Source: an uncultured Alphaproteobacteria bacterium
GTDB taxonomy: Bacteria; Pseudomonadota; Alphaproteobacteria; HIMB59; GCA-002718135
Assembly: GCA_902618385.1 (NCBI GenBank)
Contig: CACNAF010000001.1
Location: 40,207 to 104,206, forward strand
Length of the DNA stretch: 64,000 nt
Direction of reading: 5' to 3'
Shown here: one piece after another, positions 54,434 to 63,044 of the stretch
Numbering within the stretch: the stretch's first letter is position 1
Layout of the letters: every line of letters begins with the position of its first letter
Translations under genes and position numbers: made by a program
The notes under the pieces: model-generated
What the model was told of the DNA's origin: nothing
Database searches by the model: none
Seen by the model: only the letters and a program-made list of their open reading frames with translations

Positions 54434-55682
54434 ATTAATAATAAAAGGAGGTTCAAAAATTTCTGGATCAGTTAATGTTCACGGTTCAAAAAATTCTGCA
54501 CTACCGATTATAGTATCTTCTCTTTTATCTAAAAAAACTTTAAAACTCTCAAATGTACCTAATGTGGTTGATGTTTTAAATTTAATAAAATTACTGAAAA
54601 ATTATGGTGTAAAAATTGAACACAAAAAAAATAAATTAAAAATAAATCCATCAAAAATTAAGAATCTATCAGCAGATTATGATGTTGTGCGAAAAATGAG
54701 AGCCTCCATATTGATTCTAGGTCCATTACTTTCTCGATTTGGTGAGGCTAGAATATCTTTACCAGGAGGATGTGCTATTGGAACTAGGCCAATAGATATA
54801 CATCTTGCTGGTTTATCAAAATTGGGAGCTAATTTTGAAATTCAAAATGGTTTTGTTGTTGGTAGTGTTAAATCACAATTAATTGCAAATAAAATTAAAT
54901 TACCATTTCCAAGTGTAGGAGCAACTGAAAATATACTAATGGCCTCAGTATTGGCAAAAGGTGAAACTAAAATTTCTAATGCTGCAAGAGAACCAGAAAT
55001 AGAAGATTTGTCAAAATGTCTTATAAAAATGGGTGCAAAAATTGAAGGTCATGGAACAAAAACTATTCTTGTACAAGGTGTAACAAATTTAAAAGAAGCA
55101 GAGCATGAGATAATTGCTGATAGAATTGTAGCTGGCACATATATAATTGCAGCTTTAATGTTAAATTCAGCTTTAGAAATAAATAACTTTAACACTATTT
55201 ATTTAAAATCCTTAATTGATATTTTAAAAAAAATGGGTGCAAAATTAAAAGTAAGTAAAAATTCGATAAAAGTCTCTAAAGGATCAAAACTAAAATCTAC
55301 TAGTCTTTCAACTAGTCCATATCCAGGATTTCCCACCGATTTACAAGCTCAGTTAATGTCTCTTATGTGTATCTCTGATGGGAAGTCAAAAATTAAAGAA
55401 ACAATTTTTGAAAATAGATTCATGCATGTTCCTGAACTGAATCGATTAGGTGCGAATATTACAGTAGAAAAAGATACCGCTACAATAATAGGCAATCAAA
55501 CATTTAAAGGAGCGCAGGTAATGGCTAGTGATTTACGAGCTAGTATAAGTTTAGTGTTAGCTGCTATGAATGCGAATGGTCAAACGACACTAAATCGTGT
55601 CTATCATCTTGATAGAGGCTATGAAAATATTGAAAAAATATTAGGTAGTTTGGGAGCAAAAATAAAAAGACAGAAAAACTAA
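54426..55682 (+). CDS. murA: UDP-N-acetylglucosamine 1-carboxyvinyltransferase
   Basis: IKGGSKISGSVNVHGSKNSALPI N-terminus, active-site loop LPGGCAIGTRPID. 418 aa. Confidence 0.95.
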   Translation: MDKLIIKGGSKISGSVNVHGSKNSALPIIVSSLLSKKTLKLSNVPNVVDVLNLIKLLKNYGVKIEHKKNKLKINPSKIKNLSADYDVVRKMRASILILGPLLSRFGEARISLPGGCAIGTRPIDIHLAGLSKLGANFEIQNGFVVGSVKSQLIANKIKLPFPSVGATENILMASVLAKGETKISNAAREPEIEDLSKCLIKMGAKIEGHGTKTILVQGVTNLKEAEHEIIADRIVAGTYIIAALMLNSALEINNFNTIYLKSLIDILKKMGAKLKVSKNSIKVSKGSKLKSTSLSTSPYPGFPTDLQAQLMSLMCISDGKSKIKETIFENRFMHVPELNRLGANITVEKDTATIIGNQTFKGAQVMASDLRASISLVLAAMNANGQTTLNRVYHLDRGYENIEKILGSLGAKIKRQKN

Positions 55683-55728
55683 CTTTTTCTAGTTTTTTCT
55701 TTGATCACAATATAAAAGCCTGCAATTT

Positions 55729-56376
55729 ATGAGCAAAATAGTTATTGCAGTACCAAGAGGCAGAATAACAAAAGAATGTAAAAACTTGTTACTTAAAACA
55801 AGTTTTGCCCCTGATCCTTTACTATTTGATAAAGATACAAGAAAGTTAACTTTTAAATCTAAAAAAAGAAACATTGAGTATATCAAAGTAAGAGCCTTTG
55901 ATGCATGTACATTTGTTGCATTTGGAGCTGCTCAAATAGGAATAGCTGGTGAGGATGTAATTAATGAATTTGATTACTCAGAAATATATGCTCCGCTTGA
56001 TTTAAATATTGGGCATTGTCGAATTTCTGTAGCTGCTTTGAAATCTTTATTAAAAAAAGAGGATCCAGAAACTTGGAGTAATATTAGAATTGCTACTAAA
56101 TACCCAAATATTACTAAAAAATTTTTTTATAATAAGGGGATACAAGTAGAAATTATAAAACTAAGTGGATCTATGGAATTAGCCCCTTCTTTAAATATGT
56201 GTAGAAGAATTGTAGATTTAGTTTCTACAGGAAAAACATTGAAAGAAAATGGTTTGACTGAAATTGAAGAAATAATGAAAATTCAATCTAAATTAATTGT
56301 CAATAGATCAGCTTATAAGACAAATATGAATGAGGTTTCAAAAATTATTTCTGAAATAGGTACTTTTGTTAAATGA
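55729..56376 (+). CDS. hisG: ATP phosphoribosyltransferase, short form
   Basis: IAVPRGRI N-terminus and DLVSTGKTLKENGL motif. At 215 aa it is the HisZ-dependent short type. Confidence 0.9.
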   Translation: MSKIVIAVPRGRITKECKNLLLKTSFAPDPLLFDKDTRKLTFKSKKRNIEYIKVRAFDACTFVAFGAAQIGIAGEDVINEFDYSEIYAPLDLNIGHCRISVAALKSLLKKEDPETWSNIRIATKYPNITKKFFYNKGIQVEIIKLSGSMELAPSLNMCRRIVDLVSTGKTLKENGLTEIEEIMKIQSKLIVNRSAYKTNMNEVSKIISEIGTFVK

Positions 56377-57653
56377 AAATAATAAAATTTAATAAAAATT
56401 TTTATAATCAATTTCAGACAAAGATTGAAAAAAGAAATTCATTATCAAGTAAATCAATTCAAGAAGATGTAAAAAAAATTATTTATGATGTAAAAAAAAA
56501 TGGCGATAAATCTCTAATTAAGTATGCAGCAAAATTTGATAAAGTTAAAATTAGTAAACAAGATCTTAGTTTAGATTTATCTAAAATAAAAATACAACCT
56601 AAAGTTGAGCCACAAATATTTAATAGTTTTAAAAAAGCTATAAAAAATATTTCATCATTTCACAAAAAACAATTACCTAAAAATATTACCTATACTAATA
56701 ATGGTGCAACATTGAAATCTGTATGGAAGCCTATTGATTCAGTTGGCTTGTACGTACCTGGAGGAAGGGCTTTTTATCCCTCATCTTTAATTATGAATGC
56801 AGTACCTGCAATCATAGCTGGAGTAAAAAGAATTGTTTGTATCACGCCACCAACTAAATCAATTAATCCATATTTTATAAAATTAATAAGGGAATTAGGT
56901 ATTAAAGAAACATATTTTGTAGGAGGAGCTCAAGCTATTAGCGCACTAACGTTTGGCACTCAAACTATTAAGCCAGTCAATAAAATATTTGGACCTGGTA
57001 ATGCTTATGTAGCAGAGGCAAAAAAACAATTGTATGGAAAAGTAGGTATAGATTTGCTAGCAGGACCATCTGAAATAATAGTTGTTGCAAATAACAATAA
57101 TAATCCAGATTGGGTAGCTTCAGATCTAATAGCTCAAGCAGAACATGATGAAAATGCACAAGCAATTTTAATTACGGATAGTAAAGATTTTGCAACTAAA
57201 GTCTTAAGTTCAATTAAAAAAATTAAAAAAGATTTATCAAAAAAGAAAATAATTGAAAAAAGTTTAAATAATAATGGAATTATAGCTTTGGTCGATAATA
57301 TAGAACTTGCTTCAGAAATCATAAATTTTGTTGCACCAGAACATTTACATATTCACATTTCTAATAATAAAAAATTATTATCGAATATAAATAATGCTGG
57401 CGGTATATTTTTAGGTGAATACTCTGTCGAAGCTTTTGGTGATTATATTGTAGGAACTAACCATGTATTACCAACATCAGGAGCGGCAAAATTTTCATCA
57501 GGTCTAGGTGTTTTAGATTTTATGAAAAGAACCTCTGTTGTTGGTATGAATAAAAAATCTTTTAATGCTCTTTTGGAAGATACTGAAAAAATGTCAGGAC
57601 TTGAAGGTCTAGATGGACACAAATTGTCAGTTAAAATTAGACAAAAGAAATAA
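56373..57653 (+). CDS. hisD: Histidinol dehydrogenase
   Basis: GPGNAYVAEAK, AGPSE, QAEHD and PEHL motifs. 426 aa. Start overlaps the hisG stop. Confidence 0.95.
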   Translation: MKIIKFNKNFYNQFQTKIEKRNSLSSKSIQEDVKKIIYDVKKNGDKSLIKYAAKFDKVKISKQDLSLDLSKIKIQPKVEPQIFNSFKKAIKNISSFHKKQLPKNITYTNNGATLKSVWKPIDSVGLYVPGGRAFYPSSLIMNAVPAIIAGVKRIVCITPPTKSINPYFIKLIRELGIKETYFVGGAQAISALTFGTQTIKPVNKIFGPGNAYVAEAKKQLYGKVGIDLLAGPSEIIVVANNNNNPDWVASDLIAQAEHDENAQAILITDSKDFATKVLSSIKKIKKDLSKKKIIEKSLNNNGIIALVDNIELASEIINFVAPEHLHIHISNNKKLLSNINNAGGIFLGEYSVEAFGDYIVGTNHVLPTSGAAKFSSGLGVLDFMKRTSVVGMNKKSFNALLEDTEKMSGLEGLDGHKLSVKIRQKK

Positions 57654-57677
57654 TTTTTACTATAAGCTTATACAAAT

Positions 57678-57896
57678 ATGCCAAAAGAAGGATCGATTGA
57701 GTTTCAAGGAGTTGTATTAGAACTTCTTCCAAATGCAATGTTTAAAGTAAAATTAGAAAATGATCATGAAATTCTAGCTCACTCATCAGGAAAAATGAGA
57801 AAAAATAGAATAAGAGTATTAGCTGGTGATAAAGTGACAGTAGAAATGACACCTTATGATTTAACAAAAGGCAGAATTACTTTTAGATGGAAATAA
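57678..57896 (+). CDS. infA: Translation initiation factor IF-1
   Basis: 72 aa. [22 protein letters not shown]...[16 protein letters not shown]...[12 protein letters not shown] is canonical IF-1. Confidence 0.95.
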   Translation: MPKEGSIEFQGVVLELLPNAMFKVKLENDHEILAHSSGKMRKNRIRVLAGDKVTVEMTPYDLTKGRITFRWK

Positions 57897-58066
57897 AAAA
57901 ATCTAAAAAAAATAATATCATTTCTTTAAAAAAAAAATCTAAATGCCCAACATGTAAAAAGGTTTCTAAGGAACCATTTATACCTTTTTGTTCAAAAAAA
58001 TGCGCTAGTCTTGATTTGATGAAATGGCTCACTGATGAACATGGGCTGCAAATAAAATCTGATTAA
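57887..58066 (+). CDS. yacG: DNA gyrase inhibitor YacG-like zinc-finger protein
   Basis: 59-aa ORF (below the track cut-off) overlapping the infA stop. CPTCKK...[19 protein letters not shown] matches the YacG CxxC...FCSxRCxxxDLxxW pattern. Confidence 0.75.
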   Translation: MEIKKSKKNNIISLKKKSKCPTCKKVSKEPFIPFCSKKCASLDLMKWLTDEHGLQIKSD

Positions 58067-58118
58067 TTATCCTATTTTTAATTGAATTTAATTATAAATA
58101 CTTTATCTGATGACTTGT

Positions 58119-58194
<76 letters not shown>

Positions 58195-58407
58195 CTTTTT
58201 TTTGAGGGTAACTTTTTTGCTTTTTCAAAGATAAACTACACAGCTTTTATTAGAGAAAAGTCTAAATTTTGATAATTATTGGTTAGTTAATTAGGTCGTA
58301 AATGTTACCTTTTATTACCCTCGAAATTTTTTGTTTTATTTACGCTATTTAATCCTACAATTCTTGAAAATTAGACTCTTAAAAAATTTGTGTTAAAGTG
58401 TTCTAAT

Positions 58408-59382
58408 ATGACTAAAAAAATTTTAGTTTTTTCAAATGGTGAAAAAATTGGAGATGGAATAATTAAATTACAACTTCTTCACGAAATTAAAACAAGACTT
58501 CCAGACTATAAATTATATTGGCTTACTAATAAGGGTAAAACTGTTTATTCAAGTACTCTTAAATTCATTGCAAGTAATTATATTGATGAGATTCTTGATC
58601 AAGCAAATCTTAGTCCATTTTTTTGGAATAAAATATCAAAAAAATATAATTTAGAGAGTGATTTTTTTGATTATATTTTAGATACACAAAAATCAGTAAT
58701 AAGAACTATAGCATTAAAACGAATCAAGCATAAAAATTTTATTTCTGGATCAGCTAATGGTTTTTTTTCTTCTAAAAAATTTAAAAGTAACAAGAAAAGA
58801 AAGTATTATTTAAACTACATTTTAGATTTATTAGATTTAATAGTTTTTAAAAAAAATAAAAGTGATTTTAAAATTCCAATAAGTGAAAATCTCGAAGGAA
58901 TAATAAGTAATATTTTATTAAAACATAAAAGCTATGTAGGAATTGCACCTGGTGCAGGTGAAAAAAATAAGATTTGGTCTTTAGAAAAATACATCGAGTT
59001 ATGTAACTATCTTCAAGTAAATAATAAGACTATAGTTTTTTTTATTGGACCTGATGAACTTTATTTAAAAGAAAAATTAAAAAATATATTTCCTCACTCA
59101 ATATTTATCGAGGATCATATTACTGGATTTCAAAATATAGAAATTATTATGGCTACCACCAAATATTTACAATTAGCCATATCGAACGATAGCGGTGTTA
59201 GTCATATGTTGTCCACTGGATATTGCCCATTAATTAAACTGTTTGGTCCAAAAGATTCTACAAAATTTACTCCTGAAAATCCAAATCTATTTTCTATATC
59301 TTCAAGTGATTTTAACTCAAAAAATATCAATAAAATACCTGTCTCTAGAGTGATTGAAGAAATAGAAAAAGTTCTGATTTAA
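58408..59382 (+). CDS. Glycosyltransferase family 9 (heptosyltransferase-like)
   Basis: KILVFSNGEKIGDG N-terminus, GIAPGAGEKNKIWSLEKY and ISNDSGVSHM motifs. Start taken at ATG 58408 rather than GTG 58390. Confidence 0.75.
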   Translation: MTKKILVFSNGEKIGDGIIKLQLLHEIKTRLPDYKLYWLTNKGKTVYSSTLKFIASNYIDEILDQANLSPFFWNKISKKYNLESDFFDYILDTQKSVIRTIALKRIKHKNFISGSANGFFSSKKFKSNKKRKYYLNYILDLLDLIVFKKNKSDFKIPISENLEGIISNILLKHKSYVGIAPGAGEKNKIWSLEKYIELCNYLQVNNKTIVFFIGPDELYLKEKLKNIFPHSIFIEDHITGFQNIEIIMATTKYLQLAISNDSGVSHMLSTGYCPLIKLFGPKDSTKFTPENPNLFSISSSDFNSKNINKIPVSRVIEEIEKVLI

Positions 59383-59441
59383 AATTTCATATATTAGAAG
59401 GTAGACAAGTATATTTTTCATCATTACTTGTTTACTTTTAT

Positions 59442-60149
59442 ATGTTCAAATTTGATAAACTTGTATTTGGCGATGCAGGGTGGGGCGATGAATTTCTTAT
59501 AGCAACACTCATGACTTTACTAGTAAGCATTTTATCAATGGGGTTAGGTCTTTTTTTAGCAATTATTACAGTTTGGGCAAAGATAATACAAAACAGAATA
59601 GCAAGATTTATTGCAAATTTTTATACAACAGTAATAAGAGGTGTTCCTGAATTATTAGTTATCTATCTAATTTTCTTTGGCGGCAATTCTGTTGTTATGA
59701 GTATAGCTAAAGTATTTGGATATAATAAATATATAGAACTAAACGCACTTACAATTGCGACAATAGCCATTGCAGTAATATCAGCTACATATTCGAGTGA
59801 AGTTTTAAGAGCTTCTTATTTGGCTATATCTAAGGGTCAAATAGAAGCTGCAAGAGCACTGGGTATGAATAAATTTAGTATTTTTTTTAAAGTTATTTCG
59901 CCTCAAGTTATAAGACATGCTTTACCGGGAATAGGGAATGTATGGCAAATAACTCTTAAAGATACTTCCCTTATTTCCGTAACTGGTCTTGTTGAAATTA
60001 TGCGTCAATCTAGAATATCTTCTAACGTTGAGCATTCACCTTTAACTTTCTTAATAACAGCCGCAATATTGTATTTATGTTTAACAACAATCTCTGGCAG
60101 GGTTTTTAAAACGCTAGAAGTAAATTATTCAAAAGGATTTTCGATATGA
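59442..60149 (+). CDS. Polar amino-acid/opine ABC permease (HisQ/OccQ-like)
   Basis: 235 aa, EAA-loop IEAARALGMNKFSIFFKVISPQ. Confidence 0.85.
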   Translation: MFKFDKLVFGDAGWGDEFLIATLMTLLVSILSMGLGLFLAIITVWAKIIQNRIARFIANFYTTVIRGVPELLVIYLIFFGGNSVVMSIAKVFGYNKYIELNALTIATIAIAVISATYSSEVLRASYLAISKGQIEAARALGMNKFSIFFKVISPQVIRHALPGIGNVWQITLKDTSLISVTGLVEIMRQSRISSNVEHSPLTFLITAAILYLCLTTISGRVFKTLEVNYSKGFSI

Positions 60150-60856
60150 TTGAATATTTAAATAGTATTCAAAATTCTCTTATTTATAAAAATTTCTTTT
60201 TGGTCCTATCTGGCTTAGATAATACAATTTTATTATTATTAATTTCATTACCACTTGGTTTTGTCTTAGCATTATTATTTGCTCTAGGAAGAGTTTCTAA
60301 AATTACATTATTATCAAGAACAATTGCTAGTTATATTTTTGTTATTAGAGGAACGCCTTTACTTGTTCAAATATATTTAATTTATTTTGGTTTAGGTTCA
60401 GTAAAATTTATTAGAGAAAGTTTTTTATGGTACGCATTGAAAGAACCTTTTTGGTGCGGAGTAATAGCACTTACAATTAATACTGTTGCATATGGAGCAG
60501 AAATTTTTCGCGGTGGCATTCAATCAATTGAGAAAAGTCAGGTTGAATCAGGCCTATCTCTTGGGTTTGGAAAATTTTTACTTTTAAGAAAAATTATACT
60601 ACCTATAGCTATACGAAAAGTTCTACCGTCTTACGGTAATGAATTAATACTAATGGTTAAAGCAACCTCTTTAGTTAGTCTGACAACATACATGGAAATG
60701 ACAGGTATTGCTAGAAAGATAATGGCTAAAACATTTGCACCTGTTGAAGCATTTATTGCTGCAGGAATTCTTTATCTTTTTTTAAATTTTCTAATGGTTC
60801 AATTTGTTAAATATTTAGAATGGAAATATAATCCACACTTAAGATTAAATAATTAA
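60146..60856 (+). CDS. Polar amino-acid/opine ABC permease (HisM/OccM-like)
   Basis: 236 aa, EAA-loop VESGLSLGFGKFLLLRKIILPI. Overlaps the upstream gene by 4 nt. Confidence 0.85.
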   Translation: MIEYLNSIQNSLIYKNFFLVLSGLDNTILLLLISLPLGFVLALLFALGRVSKITLLSRTIASYIFVIRGTPLLVQIYLIYFGLGSVKFIRESFLWYALKEPFWCGVIALTINTVAYGAEIFRGGIQSIEKSQVESGLSLGFGKFLLLRKIILPIAIRKVLPSYGNELILMVKATSLVSLTTYMEMTGIARKIMAKTFAPVEAFIAAGILYLFLNFLMVQFVKYLEWKYNPHLRLNN

Positions 60857-61302
60857 TTTCTAAATTTTTTATGACAAGTGCTGCAATTTGCAGCCATTGC
60901 TTTAATAGCATCACTTATCATCTCTTTATCTTCTAATTCTATACTTAAAGATATCATTTCGATATCATCTACAAAGTTTTGGTTATATTCATTAAATGTC
61001 TCACGATCACTCCAAATATTATCACTAGCTCCTTCTGCTTGACTATTTTCAGGATAAAAATCTTTAAATTCAGATGCTGAATGAAGAAGAGTTTCATTAA
61101 GCTCCAACATTTCTTCATATTGATCTGAATTTATTAATCTGTAAAGTTTCGATGATGTGCTTTTAATTTTTTGCATTATTGCCATTCTTTCGTTAACAAC
61201 TTTTTCTAATGATTTGTCCTCTAAATTTACTTTGTGAGCTAAAACATATAAAGGAATGAATGAAATTAAAGTACTTATCGTTATTTTAAAGAATATACCC
61301 AT
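60853..61302 (-). CDS. Class II c-type cytochrome (cytochrome c'/c556-like)
   Basis: 149 aa with a signal peptide and helical composition. Single CxxCH (CSTCH) a few residues from the C-terminus. Confidence 0.7.
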   Translation of the reverse strand: MGIFFKITISTLISFIPLYVLAHKVNLEDKSLEKVVNERMAIMQKIKSTSSKLYRLINSDQYEEMLELNETLLHSASEFKDFYPENSQAEGASDNIWSDRETFNEYNQNFVDDIEMISLSIELEDKEMISDAIKAMAANCSTCHKKFRN

Positions 61303-62179
61303 TTTTTGTTATTATATTATGCAAGTAATTATGTCCTAATTTTGCATATTCAAGAGGGTTTGCTTTTTTAGGATCCTGCTCAGCTTCAATAATTAACCAT
61401 TTCTGATATTTTGCATCATATAGTATCTTAATTAATGGATCGTAATCGATGCAACCATCTCCAGGAACAGTGAAAACACCGTCTAAAAAAGACTCTCTAA
61501 AACTTAAGTCATCTTTAATAGATTTTAAAAAAATATCTTTTCTAATATCTTTACAATGAACATGGTTAATTCGAGAAATATAATTTTTTAATACTCTTTC
61601 GTAATTTGCTTCGGCAAACATTAAGTGTCCAGTATCGTAAAGCAAAAATGTATTTTGATTTGTCATATCCATAAATCGATCTACATCTTCCTCGGACTGT
61701 ATAATAGTTCCCATATGCTCATGATACGACATTGGCATTCCTTCATCCATCAGCATATCAGATAATTCACTGATTTTTTTGCAATAGCTATCCCATTCAT
61801 CTTTTTGAAGTATCGGTCTTTTACTAAGAGCTTTTGATTGATCGCCTTGGATTGATCCAGATACATCAGCAAAGACAAAAACATCCGCATTAATTAACTT
61901 TAATAAATTTAAATGATCTTGGAGTGCTATCCATTCTTCTTTTACACTTCTTTCTCTAAGCATTGCGCCATACCAACCACCTGGCATTTTTAAATTAAAT
62001 TTTTCTAAAAGATATTTTGTTATTCCAGGATTTCTAGGAAATTTTCCACCTAATTCAATACCTGAAAATCCAGATGTGCTTGCATCCTCTAAACATTTTT
62101 CAATAGGAGTGTCACCTCCTAGTTCTGGCATATCATCATTGCTCCAGGCAATAGGCGCGATACCAAGTTTAATTTTCAT
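61286..62179 (-). CDS. iolE: Xylose-isomerase-like TIM-barrel protein, inosose dehydratase (IolE)-like
   Basis: N-terminus KLGIAPIAWSNDDMPELGGDTP closely resembles IolE. 297 aa. The 3' end overlaps the cytochrome gene by 17 nt. Confidence 0.7.
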   Translation of the reverse strand: MKIKLGIAPIAWSNDDMPELGGDTPIEKCLEDASTSGFSGIELGGKFPRNPGITKYLLEKFNLKMPGGWYGAMLRERSVKEEWIALQDHLNLLKLINADVFVFADVSGSIQGDQSKALSKRPILQKDEWDSYCKKISELSDMLMDEGMPMSYHEHMGTIIQSEEDVDRFMDMTNQNTFLLYDTGHLMFAEANYERVLKNYISRINHVHCKDIRKDIFLKSIKDDLSFRESFLDGVFTVPGDGCIDYDPLIKILYDAKYQKWLIIEAEQDPKKANPLEYAKLGHNYLHNIITKNGYIL

Positions 62180-62222
62180 GAATTTTTACATATTTCATGA
62201 TAGATGAAAAATAAAGATAAAT

Positions 62223-63044
62223 ATGAACATATTATTAGTCGATGGAAATGAAAAAGAAGCTTCTGATCGATATATAAAATTGGGTATGGATACTCAATTT
62301 CATGTATATGAAAAAATTTTAAAAAAATATTCTAGTTCAACTATCAATATTACAACAATTCATCCTGCTGTTCATAATAATTATCTTCCTTTAGGCATAA
62401 GTCTTGATGATTTCGAAGCGGTTGCTTGGACAGGAAGCTTACTTAATATATATCATATGACAAAATCCATAACTAATCAAATAGATTTAGCTAAAGAATT
62501 ATTTAAAAAAAAGAATAAAATATTTGGTAGTTGTTGGGGGCTTCAGGTTTTAGTAACTGCCGCAGGAGGTAAAGTAAGAAAAAATCCAAATGGCCTTGAA
62601 GCAGTTTTAGCTAAAAATATTACATTAAATCAAGATGGTGAAATTCATCCCATGTATAAAAACAAAAAAAAATCATTTAATGCACTTTGTTGGCATTATG
62701 ATGAAGCAGAAAAGCTTCCAAAAGAAACTAAGGTACTAGCCTCAAATAAGATCAGTCAATTCCAATCTATAAGCTTTGAAGTAAATCAATCAAGTGTTTG
62801 GGCAGTTCAATACCATCCAGAATTTAATTCAAAATGGATGGCCGGACTTATGGAAATGAGAAAAGATATTTTGTTGGAACAAAAAGTATATGAAAATTTA
62901 TCAGAATTTGAAAACGAAAAAATGATTTTACAAAACCCTGATAATCTTGAGAAAAAAGAATTACATATATATGATGATGTAGTTGATGAAAACATCCATT
63001 CTTTAGAACTTTCAAATTGGTTAAATATTAATAAAAATTATTGA
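62223..63044 (+). CDS. Class I glutamine amidotransferase-like protein
   Basis: Nucleophile elbow GSCWGLQ and His motif QYHPEF. 273 aa. Confidence 0.8.
   Translation: MNILLVDGNEKEASDRYIKLGMDTQFHVYEKILKKYSSSTINITTIHPAVHNNYLPLGISLDDFEAVAWTGSLLNIYHMTKSITNQIDLAKELFKKKNKIFGSCWGLQVLVTAAGGKVRKNPNGLEAVLAKNITLNQDGEIHPMYKNKKKSFNALCWHYDEAEKLPKETKVLASNKISQFQSISFEVNQSSVWAVQYHPEFNSKWMAGLMEMRKDILLEQKVYENLSEFENEKMILQNPDNLEKKELHIYDDVVDENIHSLELSNWLNINKNY

Noticed and set aside
59405-59431. ACAAGTA-N13-TACTTGT inverted repeat upstream of the amino-acid permease genes
   Set aside because: It is a 7-bp AT-rich stem with a large loop in AT-rich DNA, at a level expected by chance. At most it is a weak terminator for the glycosyltransferase gene.
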